Below, piece after piece: positions 61,885 through 64,000 of a DNA stretch of 64,000 nucleotides. The stretch spans positions 384,001 to 448,000 of the forward strand of contig JAHHIM010000036.1 of assembly GCA_019358915.1 (NCBI GenBank). Direction: 5' to 3'. The notes below the pieces were generated by a model. The model had not been told where the DNA came from. It was given only the letters and a program-made list of their open reading frames with translations, and searched no databases. Source of the stretch: Trichormus sp. ATA11-4-KO1. GTDB lineage: Bacteria; Cyanobacteriota; Cyanobacteriia; Cyanobacteriales; Nostocaceae. The translations under genes and the position numbers were made by a program. Positions within the stretch are counted from its first letter, which is position 1. Each line of letters opens with the position of its first letter.

Positions 61885-63033
61885 TTAATTTCTTACTTCT
61901 GCTACTTGCGCCACATTTTCCCCTGCTTCAACTCCCAATACAGGAATTTCTCGTGGTTGAAAATATGCAAGTTGCATAAACTGCTGAATTTGAGCTTGGC
62001 TCTTTTGCTTCATGTCATAGCCTTGTTGCCATGCTTTTGTCCAATCAACTATCCAAGCTAAGGCTGTTGCTAAGTCTAATTGGGGTTCCCAGTTGATTTG
62101 CGTCCGAGCTTTAGAACAATCCAAGGTTAAATAATTGGCTTCGTGGGGTTGAACTCTACTATCTTTAGTCCAAGTAGCATCTTTACCCCAAAACTGTTTG
62201 AGTTGTTCAACTACCCAAAATACTGTTTTTACTCCTGACTCATCCGGCCCAAAATTCCAACCTCCGTTGTAAAGTGAACCTTGAGTAAATAGTTTTTCTG
62301 CCAGCATTAAGTAACCATTGAGTGGTTCCAAAACATGCTGCCAAGGTCGGACGGCTTGGGGATTTCTAATCACTACTTCTTTTCCTGCCAGCCAAGCGTT
62401 GAGAATATCAGGAATTAGACGGTCTTTAGCCCAATCTCCGCCACCAATCACATTGCCGGCGCGAACAGTGGCTATAGCTACCCCATGTTGTCCGTAATCA
62501 GCAGGATTGAAAAAAGATTGACGATAAGCTGTTGCAACTAACTCAGCACATCCTTTACTACTGCTGTAAGGGTCATATCCTCCCATAGGATCACTTTCCC
62601 GGTAGCCCCAAACCCATTCCCGATTTTCATAACATTTATCGGAGGTGATGCTGACTACAGCTCTGACGCTAGATACAGACCGTACTGCTTCCAACACATT
62701 CACCGTACCCATGATATTGACAGCATAGGTATCTACTGGGTTGTGATAAGATTCCCGCACCAATGCTTGAGCTGCCATATGAATGACGATATCTGGTTGG
62801 TAGGATTGCATTACTTGCTTGAGCAAGTTTAAATCTTTGATATCGCCTACTACTGATGTCATTCCATGAGCAACGTTAGCTAACTCAAACAAACTGGGAG
62901 ATGTTGGGGGAGCTAAAGCATAACCAATCACCTCAGCCCCTAACATTTGTAACCATAGAGATAACCAACTGCCTTTAAAGCCTGTATGTCCTGTAACAAA
63001 AACTTTTTTTCCCGTCCAAAAATTCGCTGACAT
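61885..63033 (-). CDS. rfbG: CDP-glucose 4,6-dehydratase
   Basis: VTGHTGFKGSWL, TSDKCY, DPYSSSK and RPWQHVLEPL; start MSANFW. Confidence 0.92.
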   Translation of the reverse strand: MSANFWTGKKVFVTGHTGFKGSWLSLWLQMLGAEVIGYALAPPTSPSLFELANVAHGMTSVVGDIKDLNLLKQVMQSYQPDIVIHMAAQALVRESYHNPVDTYAVNIMGTVNVLEAVRSVSSVRAVVSITSDKCYENREWVWGYRESDPMGGYDPYSSSKGCAELVATAYRQSFFNPADYGQHGVAIATVRAGNVIGGGDWAKDRLIPDILNAWLAGKEVVIRNPQAVRPWQHVLEPLNGYLMLAEKLFTQGSLYNGGWNFGPDESGVKTVFWVVEQLKQFWGKDATWTKDSRVQPHEANYLTLDCSKARTQINWEPQLDLATALAWIVDWTKAWQQGYDMKQKSQAQIQQFMQLAYFQPREIPVLGVEAGENVAQVAEVRN

Positions 63034-63164
63034 CACCACACCTTCAATTTTGCTTGACCAGAATTCCACATTTTTTCGAGAGACTGTGGGGGAGTGGGGA
63101 GATGGGGGGAAAGAACTTATATTAGTAATCTCCCCTTGTCCCCTTGTCTCCTTGTCCCCTCTCC

Positions 63165-63938
63165 CTACCACACTTTCCAAGGAGCCTGGCCACTCTTCCA
63201 TAGCTCTTCTAGATAGTTTTTATCGCGTAATGTATCCATCGGCTGCCAAAAACCTTGATGTTTGAAAGCAGATAGCTGATCCATTTCAGCTAGCTTTTCT
63301 AATGGTTCTTTCTCCCAAACCGTAGAGTCATCAGCAACCAAGTTAATTACTTCTGGTTCTAAAACAAAATAACCGCCATTAATCCAGGCTCCATCACCTT
63401 CAGGTTTTTCCCGAAAGCTGTTGATTTTAGTTTGTTCTTGACCTAAGGAAATAGCACCAAAGCGTCCAGCTGGTTGCACTGCACTGAGTGTCGCTAAGGT
63501 TTTTTGCTCTTTATGAAACTTAATTAGTTCTGTAATATTTATATCACTTACACCATCACCGTAAGTGAAACAAAAAGTATCATTACCAACATGCTCACTG
63601 ATGCGTTTTAAGCGTCCGCCTGTCATTGTATAGTCACCTGTATTGACTAAAGTGACACGCCAGGGTTCGGCATAACCAGAATGTATATTCATCTGATTAA
63701 ATCGCATATCAAAGGTCACATCTGACATGTGTAAAAAGTAATTAGCAAAATACTCTTTAATGATGTAACCTTTATATCCACAACAAATGATGAAGTCATT
63801 AATTCCGTGGGCAGAGTAAGTCTTCATGATGTGCCAGAGAATTGGTTTTCCACCAATTTCCACCATTGGCTTGGGTCTGATACTAGTTTCTTCACTGAGG
63901 CGTGTACCAAGCCCTCCAGCCAGAATCACCGCTTTCAT
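63165..63938 (-). CDS. rfbF: glucose-1-phosphate cytidylyltransferase
   Basis: MKAVILAGGLGTR, PKPMVEIGG, TYGDG and WQPMDTLRD. Confidence 0.95.
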   Translation of the reverse strand: MKAVILAGGLGTRLSEETSIRPKPMVEIGGKPILWHIMKTYSAHGINDFIICCGYKGYIIKEYFANYFLHMSDVTFDMRFNQMNIHSGYAEPWRVTLVNTGDYTMTGGRLKRISEHVGNDTFCFTYGDGVSDINITELIKFHKEQKTLATLSAVQPAGRFGAISLGQEQTKINSFREKPEGDGAWINGGYFVLEPEVINLVADDSTVWEKEPLEKLAEMDQLSAFKHQGFWQPMDTLRDKNYLEELWKSGQAPWKVW

Positions 63939-64000
63939 ACAATTACCTTGGAGATTTACAGGTAGTTTTTCATTTAAATTTTTCGCCATGAAGAAGATGC

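Noticed and set aside
1..64000. CRISPR array, tRNA or rRNA genes
   Set aside because: No regularly spaced repeat-spacer units or tRNA/rRNA signatures seen; tandem repeats are 7-8-mers without spacers

Overview
Chromosomal window from a heterocyst-forming cyanobacterium (Nostocales). Evidence: frequent HIP1 GCGATCGC sites, hetC/hetP, the Hep polysaccharide cluster, apcD and STRR repeats. From left to right it holds: a partial HerA-like ATPase, GST and GNAT genes; a 4Fe-4S/cNMP membrane protein; the cmpABCD bicarbonate transporter; fasciclin and rbp genes; a PPIase, a decayed patC-like peptide gene, hetP and hetC, with recognisable HetR and NtcA sites; a GH116 glucosidase; a decayed giant nuclease/metalloprotease/adhesin gene; a TPR protein, a candidate ncRNA, pmgA, rlmD and apcD; a Doc-type toxin-antitoxin (TA) pair; purL-purF; an AGE/kinase/DOMON cluster; a VapBC remnant overwritten by a HicBA-type module; cysH; and about 20 kb of heterocyst envelope polysaccharide genes. 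Many MITEs and short repeats are present, some with clear target-site duplications (TSDs). The most striking feature is an intact pentapeptide-repeat gene with its own GGAGG ribosome-binding site (RBS), nested entirely antisense and codon-aligned inside the open frame of the giant nuclease gene. No rRNA, tRNA or CRISPR array was seen. All family assignments come from motif recognition; no database searches were run.
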